From the NCBI GenBank assembly GCA_000091165.1, contig FP565575.1:2310001-2342000 (forward strand): DNA of 32,000 nt, in the 5' to 3' direction. This stretch comes from Candidatus Methylomirabilis oxygeniifera. GTDB taxonomy: Bacteria; Methylomirabilota; Methylomirabilia; Methylomirabilales; Methylomirabilaceae. Within the stretch, counting starts at the first letter, position 1. Each line of letters begins with the position of its first letter. Position numbers and translations under genes: made by a program. Below are positions 15,924 through 24,791 of the stretch, piece by piece. The notes below the pieces were generated by a model, which did not search any database, was not told where the DNA came from, and saw nothing but the letters and a program-made list of their open reading frames with translations.

Positions 15924-17375
15924 CTACCAGAGCCCGGCGACCGAGGCCCTGGCTAACTCCAGAAACGGGCCGGGGTAGATGCCGATAGCGATGGTGGCGA
16001 CCAGGGTTACGAACAGCGCCAGCCGCAACGGTGCAGAAGAGCTCAGGGTCAGGCCCTGTGGCGGCAGGTCCCGCATATACATCGCCACCACCACCTTCAT
16101 GTAGTAGAAGAGCGAAATGGCTGAATTGATGACGGCAATGATCGCAAGCCAGACATACCCTCGTTCGATAGCGGCGCCGAACAGATAGAACTTCCCAACG
16201 AAGCCGGCGGTCGGCGGAACTCCCGCCAATGAAAGGAGGAAGATTAACATGACGGCGGCCGCCATCGGACTGCGCTGCGCCAGGCCGGTGAAGTCGTCAA
16301 TGCGCTCCCCTTTCACCTCTCCTACGCAGAGCAGGATGACCATGGCAAAGGCGCCCAGTGTCATCATGGCGTAGATCAGGGTATACAGCAACACGGCTGA
16401 GATCCCCAGCTCCCGTCCCGCCACCAACCCGATCAGCAGGTACCCGATGTGCGCGATCGAGCTGTAGGCGAGCATTCGCTTGACATTGCTCTGCGCGATT
16501 GCCACAACATTGCCGATGGTCATCGTGAGCAACGACAAGACATAAAAGAGAAGCGTCCAGCGATCCTGCAGGCCCGGAATGGCCACCAGAAAGACCCGCA
16601 TGAGAATGGCGAGACCAGCAACCTCTGAAGCGGCCGATAGAAGAGCCGCCACAGGGGTCGGAGCGCCCTCATACACATCAGGGATATACATGTGGAACGG
16701 GACCGCCGCGATCTTGAATCCGAATCCGGCGACCAGCATCACCATGCCCAGGATAAGCGCAGGATTCGAGGCGGTGTCCGCTGAGATCATTGAGGCGATC
16801 TCTCTCAGGCCGATAGTACCGGTCAGGCCATACAACATGACGATGCCGTACAGCATAATCGCAGAAGAAAATCCACCCATCAGCAGATACTTCAGGGCGG
16901 CTTCGCTGCTGCGTCGTTCCCGCTTCATAAAACCGGCCAGAATATATATAGAAATCGACATCATCTCCAGGCCGATATACAGGATCAGGAGATCGACGGC
17001 GCTAACCATCAGCATCATGCCGAGCGTGGCGAAGAGGATGAGAGGGTAGAACTCGCCCTTGTCGATCCGTTCGCTCTTCAGGTAGCCGATCGACATCAGC
17101 AGGATCAGCGCGGCAGAGACCAGAAATACGATCTTAAAGAAGAATGCGAACGGATCGCTGATATATTGCCCGCTGAAGGCGGACTGCGTCACCCCCCATT
17201 GGCGGATCAGGACGATGAAGGTGCCAAGGACGCCAACGATGCTCAGATATCCCAGCCAGTCTCGTCCGCCTTTAGGGGCGATAAAATCGAGCGCAAGGAT
17301 CCCCATAGCCACGAGGCTCAGGATCACCTCCGGCGAGGTTGTGGAGAGATCGGCCATGTTGAATACTTGAGTCAT
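15924..17375 (-). CDS. nuoN: NADH-quinone oxidoreductase subunit N (cluster 2)
   Basis: 483 aa. Contains KRMLAYSSIAHIGY. The start overlaps the nuoM2 stop (ATGA). Confidence 0.93.
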   Translation of the reverse strand: MTQVFNMADLSTTSPEVILSLVAMGILALDFIAPKGGRDWLGYLSIVGVLGTFIVLIRQWGVTQSAFSGQYISDPFAFFFKIVFLVSAALILLMSIGYLKSERIDKGEFYPLILFATLGMMLMVSAVDLLILYIGLEMMSISIYILAGFMKRERRSSEAALKYLLMGGFSSAIMLYGIVMLYGLTGTIGLREIASMISADTASNPALILGMVMLVAGFGFKIAAVPFHMYIPDVYEGAPTPVAALLSAASEVAGLAILMRVFLVAIPGLQDRWTLLFYVLSLLTMTIGNVVAIAQSNVKRMLAYSSIAHIGYLLIGLVAGRELGISAVLLYTLIYAMMTLGAFAMVILLCVGEVKGERIDDFTGLAQRSPMAAAVMLIFLLSLAGVPPTAGFVGKFYLFGAAIERGYVWLAIIAVINSAISLFYYMKVVVAMYMRDLPPQGLTLSSSAPLRLALFVTLVATIAIGIYPGPFLELARASVAGLW

Positions 17376-19036
17376 CGAGATCCTTCGACGTGGCTGGCCG
17401 CAGATCCCTTGACGGGGAGGACTGACCCCTCGTGACCGGGCTCAGGGGCGACTTCGACCTGGCCTGCGGCGGGCGGTGTCGACTCGCTCAGGTACGGTTC
17501 GGTAGTCGTGACCGTTTTATGCACCCGCGCCAGAACATAATTGACCGACGCCTCTGTCCGACTCAGAAAGGGAGAGGGGTAGAGACCGATCCAGAAACAC
17601 ATAATCACGATCGGCACAAGGGTCGTCAGCTCCCTGGCGCTCAGATCGGGAAGATTCGCATTCTTGGGGTTCTCCAGCGCCCCGAACATGGTCCGCTGAA
17701 AGAGCCACAGCATATAGGCCGCGCCGAGTACGATTCCGGTCACGGCAAAGGCAGCATAGACATAATTGACCTTGAACGCGCCGACCAGAATCAAAAACTC
17801 TCCGATGAAGCCGTTCAGTCCGGGGAGCCCCATCGAAGAAAACATGATGATCGCAAAGAGGGTCGAGTAGACCGGCATCTGCTTGGATAAGCCCCCAAAC
17901 TCCGAGATCTGCCTCGTATGTCGGCGATCATAGATCAGACCCACGATCAGGAAGAGCGCGCCGGTTGAAAGGCCGTGGTTGATCATCTGGATAATGGCGC
18001 CCTGAACTCCCTGGAAATTCAGGGCGAACATGCCCAACATCACAAACCCCATGTGGCTGACGGAGCTGTAGGCGATCAGTCGCTTCATGTCGGTCTGGAC
18101 CATACAGACCAACGCGCCGTAAATAATCGCGATGATCGACAGGGTCATAATCATCGGAACAAAGTGTTGGGTGGCCTCCGGAAGCATCGGCAGGTTGAAC
18201 CGGATGAAGCCGTATGTTCCCATCTTCAGAAGGACACCGGCCAGAATGACGCTGCCGGCCGTCGGGGCATCGGTGTGCGCGTCAGGCAGCCAGGTATGGA
18301 AGGGAAACATCGGAACCTTGATGGCGAAGCCCAAAAAGAAGGCCAGCCAGACCAGATCCTGAAACGACAACGGGATGCCCAGCAGCGTTACAACAGGAGT
18401 CGATGGATACGACACCTTCATCAACTCAAAAATATCAAACGTGTAGGTTCCCGTCTCGGCGCCGTGATAGAAGTAGACGGCAAGGATCCCCAGCAGCATG
18501 ATGACGCCGCCGAACAGCGTATACAGAAAGAACTTGATGGCCGAATACAGGCGGCGATCGCTTCCCCAGATACCGATCAGGAAATACATCGGGACCAGCA
18601 TCACTTCCCAAAAGATGTAGAAGAGAAAGAAGTCCATCGAGAAAAAGACCCCGAGCATTCCGGTCTCCAGCATCAGCATGAAGGCATAATACTCCTTCAA
18701 CCTCATGCTCACCGATTCCCATGAACAGACGACCGTAATAACGGAAAGGGACGTGGTCAACATGACCAGCCACAGGGTGATCCCGTCGAGACCGAAAAAG
18801 TAGGTTACACCAATCGAGGGAATCCAGGAGACCTTCTCCACAAACTGCATCTCCGCAGTCGTCGAGTCGAAGTAGGCCGGGATCCAGAGGGACACCAGGA
18901 GGTCGGCTACTGTGAAGGCCAGGGCGGTCCAGCGGATGCCGTTTTTCGACTCCTTCGGGAGCAGCGCGAGCACGACCATCCCGACGAGGGGCAGATACGT
19001 CATCAGAGATAAGATGGGAAACTCAAGAGCATTCAT
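17372..19036 (-). CDS. nuoM: NADH-quinone oxidoreductase subunit M (cluster 2)
   Basis: 554 aa. Contains FPFHTWLPDAHTDAPTAGSVILAGVLLKMGTYG. Has a ~45-aa non-conserved C-terminal tail. Confidence 0.93.
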   Translation of the reverse strand: MNALEFPILSLMTYLPLVGMVVLALLPKESKNGIRWTALAFTVADLLVSLWIPAYFDSTTAEMQFVEKVSWIPSIGVTYFFGLDGITLWLVMLTTSLSVITVVCSWESVSMRLKEYYAFMLMLETGMLGVFFSMDFFLFYIFWEVMLVPMYFLIGIWGSDRRLYSAIKFFLYTLFGGVIMLLGILAVYFYHGAETGTYTFDIFELMKVSYPSTPVVTLLGIPLSFQDLVWLAFFLGFAIKVPMFPFHTWLPDAHTDAPTAGSVILAGVLLKMGTYGFIRFNLPMLPEATQHFVPMIMTLSIIAIIYGALVCMVQTDMKRLIAYSSVSHMGFVMLGMFALNFQGVQGAIIQMINHGLSTGALFLIVGLIYDRRHTRQISEFGGLSKQMPVYSTLFAIIMFSSMGLPGLNGFIGEFLILVGAFKVNYVYAAFAVTGIVLGAAYMLWLFQRTMFGALENPKNANLPDLSARELTTLVPIVIMCFWIGLYPSPFLSRTEASVNYVLARVHKTVTTTEPYLSESTPPAAGQVEVAPEPGHEGSVLPVKGSAASHVEGSR

Positions 19037-19120
19037 ATGAACCGCAAACCTCCTGTCTCGGGTCCGACTATCGCCTCCAACACCCAGCCTTCAGCCACAA
19101 CGCTACGTTCCATTTCCTGT

Positions 19121-19148
19121 TGACTGCTGATAGCCGTCGGCCAATCGC
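19121..19148. repeat. Heptamers TGACTGC TGATAGC CGTCGGC CAATCGC (reverse-complement family of GCNNTCA at 775-795)
   Basis: Read directly, immediately downstream (mRNA sense) of the nuoL2 stop, within the 112-nt nuoL2-nuoM2 spacer. Confidence 0.75.
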
Positions 19149-21185
19149 TCATAAAAACAGATAGAACACCACCATGCCGACGATGCCAAGCGCCATGGCC
19201 AGAATGTAGTTCTGAATTGCTCCTGTCTGCAGCCTTCGCAGAGTGAAGCTTCCACCTTGAATCAGATCGGCGATAGCGTTGACCAGGCCATCAACAATCT
19301 TCATATCGTGCCAGGACGAGATCGCACTCAGCCGCATGGTCAGCCAGCTACTGCCGTTGACGGCGCCGTCCACCACCTTGGCGTCAACACCCCAGAGGAA
19401 GCCGCAGAAGCGCTTGCCAAAATGGATGAAGATCGCTTCGTATAGCTCATCGACCCAATACTTGTTCAGTAACAGATTGTAGAAACCGCGCAGCTTGTCC
19501 GCCAGCGCCGTGGGTATATCCGGCCGTTTGACGTAGAACAGATAGGCGAGGCCGATCCCAGCCAGCGCAACTGCCAGCGAGACCGCGGCCATAACAAGCT
19601 CGGATGCGCCCGCCGCATGCCCGGCGGCCGCCGCCACCACATGCTCGGTACCCCCTTCCATCGCATGCTCGGCGGCCTCGCCGACACCATGCCCGACAGC
19701 CGCCTCTGATCCGTGGGCGACCTCAAAGATCGGCGCGACGAATTTGTGATAGAGCCCGTGATCTGGAGGGAACCCTAACGCCGCGCCCGCAATTACCGAA
19801 AGGACGCCGAGCACCAGCAACGGATACGCCATGTTCGGCGGCGATTCGTGCAGGTGATGGGCGGTATGGTGGTCACCGCGAAAATGCCCGGTGAAAACCT
19901 GGAAGAACAGCCTGAACATATAGAAAGCCGTCAGGAAGGCGCCGATCAGCCCTAAAAGCCAGGGGATCGTGAGGCCACGCACAAAGGCATTGAATAGAAT
20001 CTCATCCTTGGACCAGAAACCCGCCAGAGGGAAGATCCCGGCGTTCGCCAGCGAGGCCAGCAGGAAGGTCCAGGTGGTAATCGGCATCGCCTTCCGCAGT
20101 CCGCCCATCTTTCTCATGTCCTGCTCGCCATGCAATGAGTGAATGACCGAGCCGCAGCCAAGAAACAGGAGCGCCTTGAAGAAGGCATGCGTCCCGAGGT
20201 GAAATACCGCGGATGGGTAGGCGCCGGCCCCGGCGCCCAGAAACATGTAGCCGAGCTGGGAGATCGTAGAGTAGGCCACAACCCGCTTGATGTCGTTCTG
20301 AACCAGTGCGATGGTGGCCGCGAAGACGGCCGTCAGCGCACCGACCCAGGCCACTACTTCGAGGCTGAACGGGGCCAGATTGAACAGGGCGTTCGACCGG
20401 GCCACCATATAGACGCCCGCCGTCACCATTGTGGCGGCATGGATCAATGCGGAGACCGGTGTGGGCCCTTCCATGGCGTCGGGAAGCCAGACATACAGCG
20501 GAAGCTGGGCCGACTTGCCCGTCGCGCCCACGAACAGCAGCAGCGTGATGGTCGTGTAGATCCCGGCGCCCAGCGTGGGATCGATCGCCGCAAATACTTC
20601 GGTATACTTCAGCGACCCGAAGGTGGTCCAGATAAAGAAGAGTCCGAGGATAAATCCGGCGTCGCCGATTCGGTTGACGACAAACGCCTTCTTGCCGGCG
20701 TCCCCTGCCGATTTTTTCTCATACCAGAAGCCGATCAGCAGATACGAGCAGAGCCCGACACCCTCCCACCCCAGGAACATCAGCAGGTAGTTGTTGGCCA
20801 GCACCAGCATCAGCATCGAGAACATGAACAGATTGAGGTAAGTAAAGAAGCGGGCATAGCCCCGATCACCGTGCATATAGCCGATCGAGTAAACATGGAT
20901 GAGGAACCCGACGAACGTAACCACCAGCATCATGACGGTGGAAAGCGGGTCGACCAGGAACCCGATCGGTACCTTGAGGTCGCCGACGTTCAGCCACGGA
21001 TAGACGTCCCAGTCGAGCGTCGCGCCACCCAGCGTCTGAAAGAACACGACAAACGCCACAAGGCACGACAGCCCCGCAGCCGGGACCGCGATCAGATGGG
21101 CCCGCTCCTTGATCCAGGCGCCGAACAGCCCATTGATCAGGACGCCGATCAGCGGCAGCAACGGTACAAGCGCAACCAGCTTCAT
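19149..21185 (-). CDS. nuoL: NADH-quinone oxidoreductase subunit L (cluster 2)
   Basis: 678 aa. Contains GWEGVGLCSYLLIGFWY and SAQLPLYVWLPDAMEGPTPVSALIHAATMVTAGVY. Confidence 0.95.
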   Translation of the reverse strand: MKLVALVPLLPLIGVLINGLFGAWIKERAHLIAVPAAGLSCLVAFVVFFQTLGGATLDWDVYPWLNVGDLKVPIGFLVDPLSTVMMLVVTFVGFLIHVYSIGYMHGDRGYARFFTYLNLFMFSMLMLVLANNYLLMFLGWEGVGLCSYLLIGFWYEKKSAGDAGKKAFVVNRIGDAGFILGLFFIWTTFGSLKYTEVFAAIDPTLGAGIYTTITLLLFVGATGKSAQLPLYVWLPDAMEGPTPVSALIHAATMVTAGVYMVARSNALFNLAPFSLEVVAWVGALTAVFAATIALVQNDIKRVVAYSTISQLGYMFLGAGAGAYPSAVFHLGTHAFFKALLFLGCGSVIHSLHGEQDMRKMGGLRKAMPITTWTFLLASLANAGIFPLAGFWSKDEILFNAFVRGLTIPWLLGLIGAFLTAFYMFRLFFQVFTGHFRGDHHTAHHLHESPPNMAYPLLVLGVLSVIAGAALGFPPDHGLYHKFVAPIFEVAHGSEAAVGHGVGEAAEHAMEGGTEHVVAAAAGHAAGASELVMAAVSLAVALAGIGLAYLFYVKRPDIPTALADKLRGFYNLLLNKYWVDELYEAIFIHFGKRFCGFLWGVDAKVVDGAVNGSSWLTMRLSAISSWHDMKIVDGLVNAIADLIQGGSFTLRRLQTGAIQNYILAMALGIVGMVVFYLFL

Positions 21186-21187
21186 GC

Positions 21188-21222
21188 GAGTGTTGAGTGT
21201 TGAGTGTTGAGTGTTGAGTGTC
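21188..21222. repeat. (GAGTGTT)x4 perfect plus one imperfect unit, in the nuoK2-nuoL2 spacer
   Basis: Read directly. The mRNA-sense complement (AACACTC)n contains no G. Confidence 0.92.
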
Positions 21223-21237
21223 TGAAACGGATCATAC

Positions 21238-21546
21238 TTACCATTTCATCAGATTGATTTCGTCGACGTTGATGGTCTGAAAGTTTCGGTACAGCCCGAG
21301 GACGATCGCCAGCCCCACCGCGGCCTCGGCTGCCGCCACAGTAATGACAAAGATAGCAAAGATCTGCCCCTGCATGAGCGCCTGGGGCAGATATCTGGAA
21401 AATGCCACAAAATTCAGATTGACCGCATTGAACATCAGCTCCAACGCCATCAGTATGCCGACGGCATTGCGACGGGTCAGGGCCCCAAACATCCCGATGC
21501 CAAACAATATCACGCTAAGAATCAGATAGTACGACAGCGGCACCAT
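21238..21546 (-). CDS. nuoK: NADH-quinone oxidoreductase subunit K (cluster 2)
   Basis: 102 aa. Contains [12 protein letters not shown] and [11 protein letters not shown]. Confidence 0.95.
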   Translation of the reverse strand: MVPLSYYLILSVILFGIGMFGALTRRNAVGILMALELMFNAVNLNFVAFSRYLPQALMQGQIFAIFVITVAAAEAAVGLAIVLGLYRNFQTINVDEINLMKW

Positions 21547-21549
21547 CCG

Positions 21550-22062
21550 TCAGTCCTTCCCCCGTTCGCGTCGAGCCAGAATAATTGCGCCCACCATGGC
21601 CGCCAGCAGAAGAAGCGATACCACCTCAAACGGCAGGACGTAGGTGGTCAGCAGGAGCTTCCCGATCGAGGCGGTGTTATCCGCCATCGTCAGGGGCGGC
21701 ACCATGGCGGGAAAGCCTTTCAGGTTGGCATAGGCCAGGAGCCCGACGATCGCGAGGACCACCACCGCGGAGATCCCCACCTGCTCGTTCATAATCTTGA
21801 CCCCGCCGGCCGAGATCCGACTGGTCAACATGATCGCGAACAGCAGGAGGATGGTAATCCCTCCCACGTACAGCAGCACCTGCGCGGCCGCCAGAAATTC
21901 GGCGTCAAGCAGGACAAACAGCGCGGCAACGCCGAAGAAGGCAAAGACCAATGCGATGGCGCAATGCACGATGTTTTTGGCCAGGACCACCAGCAGAGAG
22001 GCTCCCACCGTGAAGGCCGCCATCAGGAAAAATACAACGTGAGTCACAGTCACAAGCGCCAC
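21550..22062 (-). CDS. nuoJ: NADH-quinone oxidoreductase subunit J (cluster 2)
   Basis: Contains LAKNIVHCAIALVFAFFGVAALFVLLDAEFLAAAQVLLYVGGI. GTG start at 22062. An alternative GTG at 22053 is better spaced from the GGGGAG RBS. Confidence 0.88.
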   Translation of the reverse strand: MALVTVTHVVFFLMAAFTVGASLLVVLAKNIVHCAIALVFAFFGVAALFVLLDAEFLAAAQVLLYVGGITILLLFAIMLTSRISAGGVKIMNEQVGISAVVVLAIVGLLAYANLKGFPAMVPPLTMADNTASIGKLLLTTYVLPFEVVSLLLLAAMVGAIILARRERGKD

Positions 22063-22071
22063 TCCCCAGTA

Positions 22072-23080
22072 CTAAGAATCTTTTAACACCAGGATCAATC
22101 CGGTAATCCCCATATTCAGCAAGGCCAGCGGCAGTAGGAACTTCCATCCCAGATTCATGAGTTGATCGACCCGCAGTCTGGCTAACGTCCAGCGCAGCCA
22201 CATCATGACGAAAATAAATGAAATAGGTCTTCAGCAGGAACCAGAGCCACCCCGGCAGCAGCGGCCCGTGCCACCCGCCGAGAAACAGCGTGGTGGCGAT
22301 GGCAGAGACCACGAACATATTGGCGTACTCCGCCAGAAAGAATATGGCAAACCGCATCCCGCTGTACTCAACATGAAAACCGGCCACCAGCTCCGACTCG
22401 GCCTCCGGGATGTCAAACGGCGTCCGGTTGCATTCGGCGATCGCCGCCGTCAGATAGATCAGGAAGCCAAGCAGTTGCGGAACCACAAACCACATCCCCT
22501 CCTGCGCCTCTACAATCCGGGTCATGCTCATCGAGCCGACCGTCATGATGACCCCGATCACCGAGAGCACAAGAGGAACTTCGTAGCTGACCGCCTGAGC
22601 CGCTGAGCGGATGGCGCCCAGAACCGAATATTTATTATTGGAGCTCCAGCCGGCCATAATGATCCCCACGACCGTCAGAGAGGAGATCGAAATATAGAAG
22701 AGGACGCCGATGTTCAGGTCGCCCGCGATAAGGCCCGGACCGAACGGAATAATTACAAACGCGGCAAGCGAGGCCGCAAAGACCACCATCGGCGCCAGGG
22801 CAAATACCAGTCGGTCGGCTCCAGCCGGGATGATATCCTCCTTGAGGAGGAGCTTGAGTCCATCGGCGATACTCTGGGCCCAGCCGTGCCAGCCGCCGAC
22901 CCGCATCGGCCCAAAGCGGACCTGGATGTGGGCACTGATTTTCCGCTCCCACCAGACCATAAACATCACGGAGACGGCGGTGAAGATGAGAACAGCCGTG
23001 GCCACCGCCAGCATCACGATCAACTGGGCGACCGTAAGGGGTAGACCCCACTCACTTAAGATGTCGTAAACAGGCTCCAT
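22072..23080 (-). pseudogene. nuoH: NADH-quinone oxidoreductase subunit H (cluster 2), interrupted by a 1-nt frameshift at about 22210-22214
   Basis: Frame 0 gives a normal NuoH up to ...[11 protein letters not shown], then nonsense that overlaps nuoJ2 as far as 21905. Skipping one nt (TAT TTT C|GTC) restores [45 protein letters not shown]-stop (TAG 22072-22074). This aligns without gaps to the NuoH1 C-terminus ([24 protein letters not shown]). Confidence 0.85.
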
Positions 23081-23103
23081 CAATCTTCCGTAAGAGAAAA
23101 TAA

Positions 23104-23157
23104 GTTGTTAGTTTTACGTTTTTAGTTTCGTTACTCAGAACTCAACACTAAACACCG
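23104..23157. repeat. Heptamers GTTGTTA GTTTTAC GTTTTTA GTTTCGT (23104-23131) followed by an ACACTAAACAC motif shared with 8311-8321
   Basis: Read directly in the 87-nt nuoD2-nuoH2 spacer. The 11-mer ACACTAAACAC occurs at 23145-23155 and at 8311-8321. Confidence 0.8.
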
Positions 23158-23167
23158 GTAACTGTCT

Positions 23168-24301
23168 TTACCGGTCCACCTCGCCCAGCACGATGTCGAA
23201 ACTCCCCAGGATGGCCACAAGATCCGCAACGAGGTAGCCGGTACCCATTACGGGCAGCACGCTTAGGTTAACAAAGGTCGGAGAGCGAACCTTATACCGG
23301 TACGGCTTTTCAGAGCCGTCGGATACGATATAGAACCCCAGCTCACCCCTGGGCGTCTCCACCCTGCTGTAGATGTCTCCGACCGGCGGCTTCAGCTTCT
23401 TCGGCATCTTCGCGATGATCTCGCCGGACGGTAGCCCCTGGAGAGCTTGTTCGATGATCTTCACGCTCTCTTCCATCTCGATCCGTCTGACCATATAGCG
23501 GTCCCAGACGTCGCCGGAGGTCCCTACCGGGATATCAAACTCAAAACGATCGTAGATAGAGTATGGATCGTCTCGACGCAAGTCCCACTTGATCCCGGAG
23601 CCGCGGAGCACCGGCCCGCTGATGGCATAGTTGATGGCCGTCTTAGGGTCGAGTATGCCGAGACCTTGCACCCGTTTTTGGAAGATGATGTTGTCGGTCA
23701 TCACGGCATCGTACTCCGGCAGGCGCGGCTTGAACCATGCCAGGAACGCCTTACAGTCGGCCACGAAGGAATCCGGGAGGTCCAATGGCATCCCGCCGAT
23801 CCGGTAGAAGGCGTAGTTCAGTCGTTGACCGCAGACCGATTCGAACAGATCCAGGATCTTTTCACGCTCCCGGAAGCAGTACAAGAAGATCGTGAAGTTA
23901 CCCAGGTCGAGTCCGAAGGTCCCCAGCCAGATCAGGTGGCTGGCGATTCGCTGCAGCTCGCCCAGGATGACCCGCATATATTCGGCCCGTTCCGGTACGG
24001 CAATCCCCAGGTGCCGCTCCATCGTCAATACGAAGCCCCAGTTGTTATACATCGAGGCCAGATAGTCCAACCGGTCGGTGTACGGAATGATCTGTGTATA
24101 GATGCGGTTCTCACCGATCTTTTCATGGCAGCGATGCAGGTAGCCGATGTACGGGATGATCTCGGTGACCACCTCGCCGTCCAACTTCAACAGGAGGCGA
24201 AGCACGCCATGGGTGCTGGGGTGCTGCGGCCCCATGTTGACGTACATCTCCTCCATCGTTTCCTGGGTACGCTCAGCAATCTCCATCTCGTGCGGATTCA
24301 T
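23168..24301 (-). CDS. nuoD: NADH-quinone oxidoreductase subunit D (cluster 2, divergent paralogue)
   Basis: Contains MGPQHPSTHGVLRLLLKLDG, YIGYLHRCHEK, DRLDY and C-terminal GEVDR. Confidence 0.93.
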   Translation of the reverse strand: MNPHEMEIAERTQETMEEMYVNMGPQHPSTHGVLRLLLKLDGEVVTEIIPYIGYLHRCHEKIGENRIYTQIIPYTDRLDYLASMYNNWGFVLTMERHLGIAVPERAEYMRVILGELQRIASHLIWLGTFGLDLGNFTIFLYCFREREKILDLFESVCGQRLNYAFYRIGGMPLDLPDSFVADCKAFLAWFKPRLPEYDAVMTDNIIFQKRVQGLGILDPKTAINYAISGPVLRGSGIKWDLRRDDPYSIYDRFEFDIPVGTSGDVWDRYMVRRIEMEESVKIIEQALQGLPSGEIIAKMPKKLKPPVGDIYSRVETPRGELGFYIVSDGSEKPYRYKVRSPTFVNLSVLPVMGTGYLVADLVAILGSFDIVLGEVDR

Positions 24302-24326
24302 CTGCCTGCCTCAACAAAACTGATCA

Positions 24327-24791
24327 TTACACCGGCTCATACGGGACCAGCCGTTCGTCCTGATAGTCTTTGCGCAACGGATACCCGACCCAATCCTCAG
24401 AAAGCAGAATCCGCCGGAGGTCCGGATGACCATCAAAGCGGATCCCCATCATGTCGAACGCCTCCCGTTCATGCCAGTCTGCCGTGCCCCACAGCGACGC
24501 CACGCTCCGGATAATCGGATCCTCACGCGGAACCCGCGCCCTCACCAGGGCCTTTGTCGGTAGCGACAGGGAAGAGAGGTGATACACCACCTCAAGTTCG
24601 CCACTCGCAATCCTGTCCACAGCACTCAGGCAGTTCAGATAATCGAGCCCTATCCCTTTCAGCGTCATCAGGATTTCGTAATTCTTCTCCGGATGGATAT
24701 CGATTCGAGCCTCGACACCCTTCACCTCTGAGGCCTTGACGGCATCGCCGAACTGCGACTTGATGGTTTCGATAACCTCATCCGGCGTCAT
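24327..24791 (-). CDS. nuoC: NADH-quinone oxidoreductase subunit C (cluster 2)
   Basis: Contains LSAVDRIASGELEVVYHLSS and [27 protein letters not shown] 24791 overlaps the nuoA2 stop (ATGA), so no nuoB lies between A and C. Confidence 0.9.
   Translation of the reverse strand: MTPDEVIETIKSQFGDAVKASEVKGVEARIDIHPEKNYEILMTLKGIGLDYLNCLSAVDRIASGELEVVYHLSSLSLPTKALVRARVPREDPIIRSVASLWGTADWHEREAFDMMGIRFDGHPDLRRILLSEDWVGYPLRKDYQDERLVPYEPV

Noticed and set aside
19033-19113. 26-aa minus-strand ORF (MERSVVAEGWVLEAIVGPETGGLRFI) in the nuoL2-nuoM2 spacer, whose stop overlaps the nuoM2 ATG.
   Set aside because: It has no properly spaced RBS and no recognisable features, and it lies within repeat-like spacer DNA. 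It is likely a chance ORF, although ribosome profiling could revisit this.
21905-22071. The 3' part of the tracked ORF 21905..23083, extending nuoH2 over nuoJ2.
   Set aside because: Its translation loses all NuoH similarity after ...KTYFIYF and overlaps nuoJ2 by about 150 nt. The +1 frame restores the conserved NuoH C-terminus, so this tail is a frameshift artefact.
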